This document shows positions 12,850 to 24,168 of a stretch of 64,000 nucleotides of DNA, piece after piece. Below the pieces are notes generated by a model. The model did no database searches and was not told where the DNA came from. It saw only the letters and a program-made list of their open reading frames with translations. The first letter of the stretch is position 1; every line of letters starts with the position of its first letter. The stretch comes from Carcharhinus longimanus. Lineage: Eukaryota. The position numbers and the translations under genes are program-made. The stretch is from NCBI GenBank assembly GCA_030264375.1, contig JASCQW010000160.1:16220111-16284110 (forward strand). The letters run 5' to 3'.

Positions 12850-13495
12850 GATGAGCTGAAGAATCGTTGCAGAATGATTCTTTTGCATTACTTTCAGCCA
12901 GAGGGTGATGAATTTATGGAATTCATTGCCACAGAAGGTTGTGGAGGCCAGGTCATTGAACAAAGAATAAAAAGAAGTACAAAGAAGGGTACAGCACAGG
13001 AACAGGCCCATCAGCCCTTCAAGCTTGATCATGATGCCCTAACCGAACTAAAACAATTTTCTGCCCTTACTCGGTCCATATCCTTCTATTCCCTCCCTAT
13101 TCATGTACCCATCCAGATTTCTCTTAAATGTTGCAGATGTGCTTGCTTCTACCATCTCCTCTGGCAGTGAGTTCCAGACACCCACCACTCTGCATGAAAA
13201 ACTTCCCCCACACATAGCCCTTAAACTTCCCCCTCCTCATCTTGAACCTGTGCCCCCTGGTAATTGCCTTTTCCGCCCTAGGAGAAAGCCTCTGACTATC
13301 CACCCTGTCTACGCCTCTCGTAATTTTGTAGACCTCTATCTGGCATTGAGTGCATAGATTCTTGATTGGTAAGGGGATCAAAGGTTATGGGGAAAAAGTG
13401 GAATACTGGCGTTGAGAAATTTATCAGCCATGATTAAATGGCGGAGCAGACTCGACGGACAAAATGGCCTAATTCTGCTCCTCTATCTTACTTTC
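12850..13495. mobile_element. CR1 3' fragments, a minus copy nested in a plus copy
   Basis: IEVYKITRGVDRVDSQRL on minus; CR1 tail on plus. Confidence 0.8.
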
Positions 13496-14039
13496 TACTT
13501 AGCACTCAGAAGGCCTCAGTCTCAGAGATTCAAATCACCCCACTTTCTATCCCTTTTTGCTGGTGCAGTCTGTCTTAGAGGGGTCTGTTGGAGAATCAGT
13601 ACATATAGCCCAGGACAGCAAATCCCATCCTTGGGCCTAAGGAGGAGCAGCAGCCATCAGGTGCAGTGTTCCTTTTCCACCAGCAGATGGTGTGATGCTG
13701 CAAAACCTGCACAGCCTATTTTATGATAGCAATTCAGATCTTTTATTGTCAAGAAATCTTTTTTTAATAAGTTGACTTTAATCACAATTGCTAAAAGCTG
13801 CTTTGAGTAAAAATTTTAAGAGTGGGGAAAATATATTAAATTAGTTGAAAATAAAATGAACTCTTCCTAATGTTATACTGTTAAAGAAATGCAAGAGAGA
13901 GACTAGAACAGCGGCTGCTGTTTGCATTGTTTCAGCACAATGTTGAATGTATAATTTGGTGCTGCAGCTGATGGATCATGTTTGAGAACTCTAAAATTAA
14001 ATGTAGGAATTTTCCCGCTGTGTCAAGTTGTTTTTCAAA

Positions 14040-14686
14040 ATTCATTTATGGGTGTGAGCGTCACTAACTAGATCAGTTGCCCATCCCTAGTTGCCCTTGA
14101 GAAGGTGGTGGTGAGCTGCTTTCTTGAACCACAACAATCCCTGAGATGTAGGTTCACGCACAATGCAGTTAGGGAGGAAATTCTGGGATTTGGACCCAAC
14201 AACAGTGAAGGAATGGTCCAGGTCTGGATAGGGAGTAGGGAGTAACTTGGAGGGGACCTTCCAGGTGGTGATGGTGTTCCCAGGTAGCTATTGTTCTTCT
14301 ACTAGATGGTAACTATTTGGGGTTTGGTAGGTGCTGCCGAAAGAACTTTGAGTTCATGCAGTGCACCTTGTAGATGGTACACACTGCTGCCAGTGTTTGT
14401 CTGTGGTGGAGGGAGTGAATGTTTGTTGATGGGATGCCAATCAATTGGTCTGCTTTGCCCTGGATAGTGTCAAACTTCTGAGTGTTATTGAAGCTGCATC
14501 CATTCAGGCAAGTGGAGAATATTCCATCACACCCCTGACTTGTGCCTTGTAAATGGTGGAAAGGCTTTGGGGAGTCAGGAGTGAGTTACTTGTCACAAAA
14601 TACTGAATCTCTGATTGGCTCTTGTAAACATGCCATTAAATGGTTCCTCCAATTCAGTTTCTAATAAATGGTAACTTCCAGGATGT
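14040..14686 (-). mobile_element. LINE 3' fragment (same family as 38810-39530)
   Basis: tgcccttgagaaggtggtggtgagctgc...; colinear with the second copy in the window. Confidence 0.7.
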
Positions 14687-14687
14687 C

Positions 14688-14948
14688 ATAGAATCCTCTA
14701 GTGCAGAAGGAAGCCATTCAGCCCATCGATTCTGCACCAACCACAATCCCACCCATGTCCTATCCCCATAATCCCATGCATTTACACTCCAATTCCCCTA
14801 ACGTTAAGGGACAAGTAAGTATGGCCAATCCACCTAATTTGCACATCTTTGGACTCTGGGAGGAAACCGGAGCACCTGGAGGAAACCCATACACTGCCAA
14901 CCCATGCCAGGCTGTAAGGCAGCAGTGGTAACCACTGTGCCACCGTGC
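14688..14948 (-). mobile_element. HE1 SINE
   Basis: reverse complement of the HE1 pattern. Confidence 0.85.
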
Positions 14949-15009
14949 TGTTGATGGTGTCTTTTGTTTCTGTCAAACCATTGATTCTGAGTGCAAATTT
15001 AACTCGAGG

Positions 15010-15125
15010 ATGCCCGAACCTTTCTAAACGAGCACAGTAAGTTGTCTCACAACAACAAATTAAAGTCCAACAGGTTTATTTGATAGCATGAGCTTTCAGA
15101 GTATTGCCCCTTCTTCAGGTGAGTC
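15010..15125 (-). mobile_element. Penelope-like terminal repeat with minimal hammerhead motif
   Basis: minus strand: cac-CTGAAGA-aggggc-aat-actct-GAAA-gctc-atg. Confidence 0.7.
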
Positions 15126-15147
15126 AAAATGAAGCTTTCTAAATGAA

Positions 15148-15460
15148 GCATGGTGGCACCATGGTGAGCGCTGCTGCCTCAACGCCAGGGATCTGGGTCC
15201 AATTCCGGTCTTGGGTCACTTTCCATGTGGAGTTTGCACGTTCTCCTCATGTCTGTGGCTTTGCTTCAGGAGCTCCAGTTTCCTCCCAGAATCTAAAGAT
15301 GTGCAGGTTGAATGGATTGGCCAAGCTAAATTGACCCTTAGTATCAGGTGGATTAGCAGGGTTAATACTTGGGGTTACAGGGTTAGGGCCTGGGTTGGAT
15401 TGTTGTCGGTGCAGGCTCAATGGGCCGAATGATCTACACATGTTCTATAGGGTTTCAATG
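15148..15460 (+). mobile_element. HE1 SINE
   Basis: head, V-domain and tail. Confidence 0.85.
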
Positions 15461-16508
15461 ATTGAATGCCATTTCCCCAGGATTTATTAAGGTTTGCAGG
15501 GAATATGGAATTGGGTCAAATAAGATTCCCACAAGTAACAATGAGTTTCTTGTTGAGGAATGACTGGCAATGGTGCTTGTCCTAACCTCAAGCAACAACA
15601 CAATATGAAATGTTGCCAGTTTACCTCAAAGTGCTTATCGTTCCCACCCATAAGCTCTGTACTTTCCTCCCTAAAACCTCTGCATCTCACTGTCCATTTT
15701 TAAGATGCATATTAACACCTGAAGCAATAATTTTGGGATAGTGAGGTTTCCCTTTTAACCACCTAAAGAGTTGATGGGGAACACACTCCTGCTGACACTG
15801 CCTACCCCGCACTATTTCTCATTTCAGTGAGTGTTAATTAACATCAGGTGGAACTTCAGCTCTACCCCCTTCCCTGCTGCTGCTGCCACCACCACCACCA
15901 CCCCTCAAGGAGGAAGTCCCACCTCAGAGGGCTTCGATTGGAGCAAATGTGCAAAGGCTTTGTTGCTCCAAAGGAGAAAATGCTGGAAAATCACAGCAGG
16001 TCTGGCAGCATCTGTAAGGAGAGAAAAGAGTGACATTTCCTGTCCAGATGACCCTTTGTCAAAGCTAAAAGGCACAGAAGTGGGGGATAGTGGAAAAATT
16101 AGAGATATTGGAGAAAATGGGAGTCCAGCAGAAAGTCCATACAAGGAATTTTACATTCTCCTCCTCACCCCTCAGGCCTACAAACCCACCAGCGGGGAAT
16201 GTAAAATTTTGCCCTTACATTTTTGACCAAGCTTTTGGCCACATGTTCTAATGTCTCCTTGATCAGATCTTCTCTGATGCTACACTCTCATGCACCCCTG
16301 GACATTTTACTATGTTAAATGTGCTGTTTAAATCCAAGTTATTGCCCACTATACAAGTTTAAATCAGAAAAACTTGGTCAAACAGAGAAATAAATCTGTT
16401 CAGATAACCATCTCCTCAGGGAAAGGAGTGTTTTTGAGTCTAATTTCAACCTGCATTGCTCCCTTTATTTCACCTTCAGACCACTAACACTGCTTTCTAA
16501 TTTTCTAG

Positions 16509-16639
16509 ACTTAAGAAGTACACATTCTTCAAACTGCATAGTGTGTTACAACAAATCTTGAAGCCTACAGGAATCTACAGGAGATTCTCAGTACAGGAGG
16601 GAGGAGGGGTAGCTGATGACATGCCTCGTGTGGAAACAG
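16509..16639 (+). CDS. Gene 1 internal exon
   Basis: ttttctag|A...ACAG|gtaac, phase 2->1; LKKYTFFKLHSVLQQILKPTGIYRRFSVQEGGGVADDMPRVET. Confidence 0.8.
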
Positions 16640-16729
16640 GTAACCTAGGAGCCCAATGAAGAAGATTTCTAGACAACTTGTACTATTTTTTTGTTTCACC
16701 CTTCCATCTCTGTGCAATGATCGATAGTT

Positions 16730-17027
16730 CATAGAATCCCTACAATGCAGGGGACAATTTAACCCATTGAGCCTGCGCCAATAACAGTCCCACCCAAGCC
16801 CTATCCCCTTAATTCCAAGCATTTACCCTGCTAATCCCCCAACACCAAGGGGCGATTTATCATGGCCAGTCCACCTAACCCGCACATCTTTGGACTATGG
16901 GAGGAAATCCACACAGACACGGGGAGAACGTGCAAATCCACACAGACAGTGGCCCGAGGCTGGAATTGAACCCAGCTCCCTGGCACAGTGAGACAGCAGT
17001 GCTAACCACTGTGCTACCATGCCATCC
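16730..17027 (-). mobile_element. HE1 SINE
   Basis: reverse complement of the HE1 pattern. Confidence 0.88.
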
Positions 17028-17352
17028 ATAGTTTGGTGTCATGGTTAGATGGAAATAATGTTGGAGTTTGAAGCATACAGTTTACCTTTCAAGTGAGGAC
17101 TTGAGATTGACTGACTGGTTATTAAAGATGAACAGGAAGTGACTGCTGAGTAATAGAGTGACGAATTCTAAATTATCTCATCAGTCCAGTGATTTATTTT
17201 GGTAGGAATTACATGACTTTAAGTAGTTCAGGAAGCAGAGACTCAGAAGAGGAAAGACTATGGTAATTCTGATCCAGGTTGTACTGTTTGAAGTGCATTG
17301 CCATTGGATGATATTTCTGATTAATCTCAGAAAAATTATTTCTTTCCACTAG

Positions 17353-17396
17353 AGTCTGAATCTAAAGAAGAAGGCCTTGAGGAATCCAACACTCAG
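17353..17396 (+). CDS. Gene 1 small internal exon
   Basis: tctttccactag|AG...CAG|gtactc, phase 1->0; ESESKEEGLEESNTQ; resolves the phase between 16639 and 21301. Confidence 0.65.
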
Positions 17397-17653
17397 GTAC
17401 TCCATCAGTATGGTGCAGATTATAAACACTACCTCATGTCCTCTACACCCAATCATGTTCTCCGACATGTGACTGTTCTGTAGGCATCTATCAGGTTTGG
17501 TGTGGTGTATTGTTCGATCTATTATTATTACAGTTCCTGTCAACTTGCCTTTCTGCACAGCGTTGTTTCATTATTATACTGAAACAATGAAACATTTCTC
17601 CAATATTACTAGGGTGGAAAATGTGTTTTAATTGGCCATCTAGCACTGAATGC

Positions 17654-19114
17654 TAGGCTTATCCAACCCATGACCCCCCAGTTGCAATGCGAAGCCCCTC
17701 CACGCGGCCCACGGAACGATGGCTGAAGTGTCAGCTGGATGGGTTAGTGATTTAGAGGATTGTTACATGGGACTGCTCCTCCAATCACAATCTGTTTCTC
17801 TCCCGTGTTTGCTGCCAATATCACTATCAATGACAGGAGAAAACAGGCTGCGATTGGACTGAGAAGTAAACATCTGCACATCTGAGTATGCAAACATAGA
17901 GGTGCAGGAGTACACGAGGCCTTCACTGACATGGCTTTCTCTGGACTCTGGCTGCTTCACGCTCAGCCCAGTTCGATAGCCCAGCTCCTGCTGTTTCCCC
18001 CACTTCTCACTGTATTTCCTAAGAATATTCCCCCAATGTTCACTGCGTTCCACCCCCGTTCCCACTGCGTTCACCCCCCCTCCGTTTGCCCTCTTTTCCT
18101 GACACACTACCCTGATTCTCCGCACTCCCTCAGTGCAAACTCATGTTCAGGTACCACTCGACCTATAGCCTTGCTTCATATCTCTCTTCCCTTTTCACTG
18201 TCCCCTAGCCAATTTAATGAAAATGAGTAATTGAGTGTGAGGGTGGTTAAGAAAGCAGACAGGTGAGTGGTCCGAGAGTGTGGAGGGAGGGCATGTGTGT
18301 GTCTGTTTGTGTGTGTTAGTGTATGGGAAGGCATTGAATTCTGTGTGTGTGTGTGATGGGGTGAATCTATGTGTATTTGGGATGGGATTAATGTGTGTGC
18401 ATGAGTGAGTTTATGGGGTGGATGGTAGTGTCTGTGTATGTGTGTGTGGATGGATTGAGCATGTGTATGTGGGAGGTTTTGCATATAGGATGAGCATGTG
18501 TGGGAGGGCCTGTGTGTGGAGGGGCTGTGTGTGTAGGAGGCTAAGTGTCTGTATGCATGTGTGTATAAAGGGGACTATGTATGGAGAAGTGTGTGCGTGG
18601 GGGTGTATATGTGTTCAGGAATGTGTGTGGGGTGTGTGTATGTGTTGGTGTTGTGTGTGTGGGGGGGGAAGTGTGTGGCAAGGCTGAGTAAGTGCAAGAA
18701 TGGGGGGTGGAGAGATAGAAAGAGAGAATTTGAGAGATTGGGAGGTGGAGGGTGAATGTGTGTCTGGCTTACTCTGTCTCTGTGTTCTTACTCACCATCA
18801 CCTCCACACACCAACAGGCACTTCCCAGCCACACTCACCCTGGGTGAGGGTTGAGTGAATGATCCCATGAGTGAGCTGGACACACGCACACACTCTGACC
18901 ATTTCATTCTCTATTGAACACCTTTATTTATCACTCATTTCTAGTTGTCAATGTATTGTTGTGACTTTTTTGCAGTGAGTTTTTTTTCCTGTGTCAGATC
19001 TTTTTATGAAATTCATGTTTATTACTGTATGAGACCTTAACTGAAATATTTTCATCCGCCCCCGCTAAGTGCAAGGAAATTGGCCTCCCTTTATAAACAT
19101 GTTGGACAAGCCTG
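17654..19114. mobile_element. Non-autonomous hAT-like DNA transposon with internal TG-rich low-complexity tract
   Basis: inverted ends taggcttatccaac / gttggacaagcctg, subterminal gcggccc motif; no clean 8-bp TSD. Confidence 0.55.
18260..18780. repeat. Degenerate (TG)n / G-rich low-complexity tract
   Basis: direct reading. Confidence 0.9.
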
Positions 19115-19431
19115 ATATAGAAGATCGATTGGAAGTGGAGTAAAAAGATATTTAGATTTCATTGGCAAACATATTGTAGATGTCTTCAATCACTATTCTA
19201 TGGCATCATCAATGTGCGTCATGGTATGAGTGATTGTTGAAACTCCCTGAAGTATATGTGGTGTCACATTGACATTTATTGGTGTTACCATCTTCTCGAG
19301 AGTTCACAGGTAGCATGTTAACCCCTCATTTCGGATTTGTCTCTTATGAACAAAACACATTGTGTTATAATTTTCAAAACAGCTGCAAAAATAAAACAAA
19401 GCAGCATCTTCCTTCTCCCTAATGTTCTTAG

Positions 19432-19488
19432 GATCAGCCGGAAGCAAATTCAGTTGCAACTTTGAATATAAAATTGGATCTGTTGCAG
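19432..19488 (+). CDS. Gene 1 candidate 57-nt exon with non-canonical GC donor
   Basis: strong pyrimidine-rich acceptor ttccttctccctaatgttcttag; DQPEANSVATLNIKLDLLQ; donor CAG|gctttg; continues the heptad register into the next exon. Confidence 0.45.
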
Positions 19489-19874
19489 GCTTTGATGTCA
19501 GCCTTAAAATTGACCACAATTTTACCCTTCAAATAACCAGACCAAGTCCCAGAGTTCTCTTAAACAGCTGTTTGAATCAAGATATATATCTCGGACCCTG
19601 GAAAATCACGGGTCACGGTCTGTAATTAGCCAGAGTGCAGAATTCAGAAATATACAAGCAATTATAGTTTCAAATTCAATTACAAGTAATTAGCATATAC
19701 CAATCACGTTTTAGGAGTTATCGCAATCCGTTCAGAGTTATTAAGGTTATATCATTCAGATATTAAAACCAATCACAATCACTTTATGCTTGCTTGATTT
19801 ATAATATCCAATCAGCGTGAAGACGTAATCCATCAGTGTTATAAGTTAACTTTGTTCCAGCTCAGTCTGTGTAT

Positions 19875-20168
19875 CGTAGAATCCCTACAGTGCAGAAGGA
19901 GGCCATTCACTAAATTGAGTCTGCAGCGACCACAGTCCCATCCAGATCCCTATTCCTGTAACCCCACACACTTACCATGCTAATCTCCCTGATACCAGGA
20001 TCAATTTAGCATGGCCAATCAACCAAACCTGTAAATTTTTGGATTGTGGGAGGAAACCCACGCAGACACAGCGAGAATGTGCAAACTCCACACAGACAGG
20101 GACACAAAGCTGAAATCAAACCCTGGTCTCTGGCACTGAGAGGCAGCAGTGCTGAACACTCTGCCACT
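19875..20168 (-). mobile_element. HE1 SINE
   Basis: reverse complement of the HE1 pattern. Confidence 0.85.
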
Positions 20169-20987
20169 CCCGTTTTCTAGTTTGAGATGTCTGATTCAAT
20201 TAATTTTCTCAGACTAATGGCCTTGATGCTTATCTGTGATGACTTTTATAAGAAGACCCTTTCTTTCATAGCCGCTTGTGTGATTTTTTTAAACTTGTGT
20301 GATTATTAACCCTTTCAGATCATTCTCTGAAAGGCTGTATTGAGTGGGTGAAAAGCCTTGAGTGGCACTGGGTGAATTCCTCCAACAGAGACACAATGGG
20401 CTGGATGACCTGCTTCTGCACCATTACTTTTTATAATCCCTCGGCCTCACTCTTGCTGTGAGAATTTATCCCTGCGTCGTCAGCCTTTCACAAGCTTATG
20501 CTCTGAGTTAGAGTTATGCTTTATTTTGTTTTCCGAAACCACAAGCACCAACGTTATTGAGGTGTAGAGTTTTGCCAAGTAGGTCAGTCAGCCTTTTATT
20601 TTTCAGTGGGTATGCATGAGTACTCAGCTCCAGGTCTAGATTGACTGGCTGTGCAACAGTATTGGGTTCCTCCGCAGGATTCCACATTGTCTCTGGCAAC
20701 TTGCCTGAGGGAGAGGAAATTCAGCCAAAAATCCGGCTTCTGATCTTGGCCCAGTGACTTTTCTTGGAAAGTGGCCACTTTGGCAAGGTACCAAAGGAAG
20801 GTTGCCACCATTGGATAGAACAGCAGCATTAATCCATGGCCCTAAAGATAGGAAGTGGAAGCAGATTAGCACAAAGTTAGAAAACTGAATTCTTCCATGC
20901 AATATATGTCCCATTGCATTTGTAAGGGAAATATTTTAATGATATCAGAAATAAATATTCGAAAAATCCAACGGTTAGGAAACAGTC

Positions 20988-21123
20988 AGCAGGATTTTCC
21001 GATCGCGCCCACCCAGAGACTAGAAATACCCGCCCATAGTCAACAGATCTTTAAGTTCGTCCACCAAATTTTCCAACCCATCCCCGGCACTTTCCATGGT
21101 GAGTGGGACCAGAAAATCCTCCC
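20988..21123. mobile_element. Short MITE, Harbinger-like
   Basis: aggattttcc ... agaaaatcct inverted ends; relatives at about 25430, 36863, 49383 and 61856. Confidence 0.55.
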
Positions 21124-21300
21124 AAGTATAAAGACGAGAGATCTTTGTAAACCGTCACGAACTGGGCAGGACAAATATCTCGCAATGTGTTTCAGATGTT
21201 CTCAAGTGTCCTCGCTTTGTACAATTTCCACTCACTATTTGTGACACACCGGCTGATAAAGTTAATTAATTGCTAAGACATACTTGCATCTTTGTCATAG

Positions 21301-21438
21301 ACAAGAATTGAAGAACTGGAAGATGAACTGGATAAAATGAATGAAGAGTTCTCTCTTCACACAATCAAGATTGCCGAGTACAAGCAACAGCTAGAACATT
21401 TGAAGGAGGAATTAAGGATCCAGGCTAATTTAACACAA
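21301..21438 (+). CDS. Gene 1 coiled-coil exon
   Basis: tttgtcatag|ACA...CAA|gtatgg, phase 0->0; TRIEELEDELDKMNEEFSLHTIKIAEYKQQLEHLKEELRIQANLTQ. Confidence 0.85.
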
Positions 21439-21569
21439 GTATGGATCTAGATTAAATAACAGTGGACACCAAATGCTGTTGGATAGTTATTTTTCCCTGC
21501 ATTTATTTTGTTTTTTGGAAAACAGTATTTTTTAACTGTCTTAGTATTCATTTTGCTCTTTCCTGGAAG

Positions 21570-22500
21570 GAGCAGGAATAGGCCCTTTGGCCTATGAGAT
21601 CATGACTAATCTGACTGTAACCTTAACCACACATTCCTGGCTACCTCCAATTACCTTTCACCCCCTTGTCAATCAAGAATCTATCTAGCTCGACCTTAAA
21701 AATGTTCAAAGATTCTGCTTCCACCACCTTTTCAGGAAGAGAATCCCAGAAACACATCACCCTGTGAGGAAAAAACAGTTCTCCTCATCTGTCTTAAATG
21801 AATGACCCCTTATTTTTAAACAATGACCCCGAGTTCTAGATTCTCCAACAAAGGGAAACATCTGCTCCACATCCACCCTGTCAATGTTCCTGAGGATCTT
21901 AAAGTTTTGATCAAGTCTACTCTTACTCTTCTCCAACCTATTCACTCCTGATATTAGCCTATTAAACCTTCTCTGAACTGTTTCTAATGCACTTACATCT
22001 TTCTTTAGATAAGGAAATTAGTGCTGTATACGATACTACAAATGTGGTCTCACCAATGCCCTGTGCAACTGAAGCGTAACCTTCCTAATTTTGTAATCAT
22101 TTCCTTTCACGATAAACGATAACATGCTATTTAGCTTTTCTAATTATTTGCTGTTTTCTGGCCTTTTGTGATTCATGCACTAGGAAGCTCAGATCCTCTG
22201 CACTTCAGAGCTTTGCAATCTCTCATAATTTAGATAAGCCTCTTTTTTTATTCTTCCTGCCAAAATTAACTATTTCATGTTTGCCCACATTATACTCTGT
22301 TTTTTGACCATTCACTTAACCTATTCATGTCCTTTTTGTATCTTCCTTGCATCCTCTTCATAGTTTACTTTTCTACCTATCTTTTTGTCATCAGCAAATT
22401 TAGCAATCATGCATTCAGTCCCTTAATCCAAGTCATTTATATAGATTATAAAAAGTTGAGGCCCAGCACTGACCCCTGTGGCACATTCTGTCAACTAGAA
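21570..22500 (-). mobile_element. CR1 LINE 3' fragment
   Basis: FKILRNIDRVDVEQMFPFVGESRTRGHCLKIRG. Confidence 0.85.
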
Positions 22501-23449
22501 ATGTGTCCATTTATGCCAACTGTTTTCTGTACCCAGTCAACTGATCCAAAAGGGTCCATAGTGGAATAGGCAGCTGAATAAATGTGAATAAAACCCAGTC
22601 ATTCTGATTGCATATAACCAGATTGCACAACACATCACTTCTACTAGGTCATTAATCAATCAACCAGGGTTACAATAGCTGTGACAGTCTCAATAGAGTG
22701 TCAATTTTTTATTAAGCTAATATTTTTACAAAACATTCTGCTCATGTTTCCTATCAAGATATTTGTCTGTGAAGAAGTGCACTCCATGTAATACTGTTTT
22801 GCCTCTGAGGAAGGGACTGATTCTTTATCTCTTGTTGAAAATCCATTGTACCAATGGAGAGCTTGCATTCGTGTAACCATTTTAACATGTTCCAAACGCT
22901 TCATTCATGGCATCAGGAAAAAGAAACTGGGTACTTGCTGAGCCAAAGAAGAGGTGACCAAAAGTCTGGTCAAAGTCTTAAGGAAGGCTTTAAGGAGTGA
23001 GAAGGGTATTGAGCATGGGGTCCCATGTGACAGAAGACATAGTAAGAAGTTTCACAACATCAGGTTAAAGTCCAACCAGTTTATTTGATAACACCACAAG
23101 CTTTTGGAAACAGCGTTTACCCCAGTTCAACGCCAGCATGTCTACATCACAGAAGACATAACCATCAATAATGGACTGATCAGAAGAGAGTATATAAGAA
23201 GGGAGATTCAGAAGCACCTTCCCAAAAACAGCTTGTCCTATGAATTCATGATCTGATTTGTGGTGCTTCCCTTGTCTAGAATTATTCTTCTGCTCTGTAG
23301 GCCATATGGCACAGTGGTAGCGCCCTTTTCTCTGGACTAGAATCTCTAGGTTCAAGTCCAACGCCAAGACTTGTTGGCCAAAGAAGGAGTATTCAATGGA
23401 CTGATAGCTCGGAAATTCTTCCACCACTTCCCCATTATTCCCCAAAGGG

Positions 23450-23850
23450 TAGAAAACAGTTTGAGGAGGAATTTCTTCAGCCAGAGAGTGGTGAATCGGT
23501 GGAACTCATTGCCACAGAGGGCTGTGGAGATCAGGTCTTCGAGTGTCTTTAAGACACAGATCAATAAGGAGATCAAGGGTTATGGGGAGAAGGCAGAAGA
23601 ATGGAGATGAAAATCATAGCAGCCATGATTGAATGGTANNNNNNNNNNNNNNNNNNNNNNNNNNNNNNNNNNNNNNNNNNNNNNNNNNNNNNNNNNNNNN
23701 NNNNNNNNNNNNNNNNNNNNNNNNNNNNNNNNNNNNNNGAGAAGGCAGAAGAATGGAGATGAAAATCATAGCAGCCATGATTGAATGGTAGAGAAGATTC
23801 AGTGGGCCGAATGGCCTAATTCTGCTCCTATATCTTTATGGTCTTATGGT
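23450..23850 (+). mobile_element. CR1 3' tail (with gap)
   Basis: RRNFFSQRVVNRWNSLPQRAVE. Confidence 0.85.
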
Positions 23851-23985
23851 ATGGGTGTGAAGATAACCATATTGTCCTGCTCGAAAGAAAGTAGGGTCTA
23901 CTGAGTTCAGTCAGTAACTTGACTGATCCTGTCCAAAATCTCGGGTGTTTGTCCTCTTTGTGATATGGTTTCTCCATTGTTTCAG

Positions 23986-24168
23986 GAACCCAGGGACAGG
24001 TGTGAGCCATCTCTTGGAGATTTCAGCAACCTGTTGAAAAACCTCACACGGGCAAGAGACGAGCTGTCAATGCTGCACTTGCAGAGAAGCTGTGGACTGA
24101 ACAGGCTGACAGAACTGGAATCTGAATTAGCAGAACTTTCCACAGCACTGGGGAACAGTGCTGTGTAA
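23986..24168 (+). CDS. Gene 1 terminal coding exon (coiled coil, stop TAA)
   Basis: ttgtttcag|GAA...GTG TAA; EPRDRCEPSLGDFSNLLKNLTRARDELSMLHLQRSCGLNRLTELESELAELSTALGNSAV*. Confidence 0.85.
   Translation, partial: EPRDRCEPSLGDFSNLLKNLTRARDELSMLHLQRSCGLNRLTELESELAELSTALGNSAV

Noticed and set aside
13678-13695. CTCF-like motif ccagcagatggtgt
   Set aside because: A single imperfect match in 64 kb is expected by chance.
15831-16226. 131-aa ORF with His/Thr/Ala runs
   Set aside because: Spans a short (CAC)n/(CTG)n tract, a Penelope-type terminal repeat and a MITE fragment; no splice or protein-family support.
23588-23790. Exact ~50-nt duplication around an N-gap
   Set aside because: Contig-end overlap artefact, not a biological tandem repeat.
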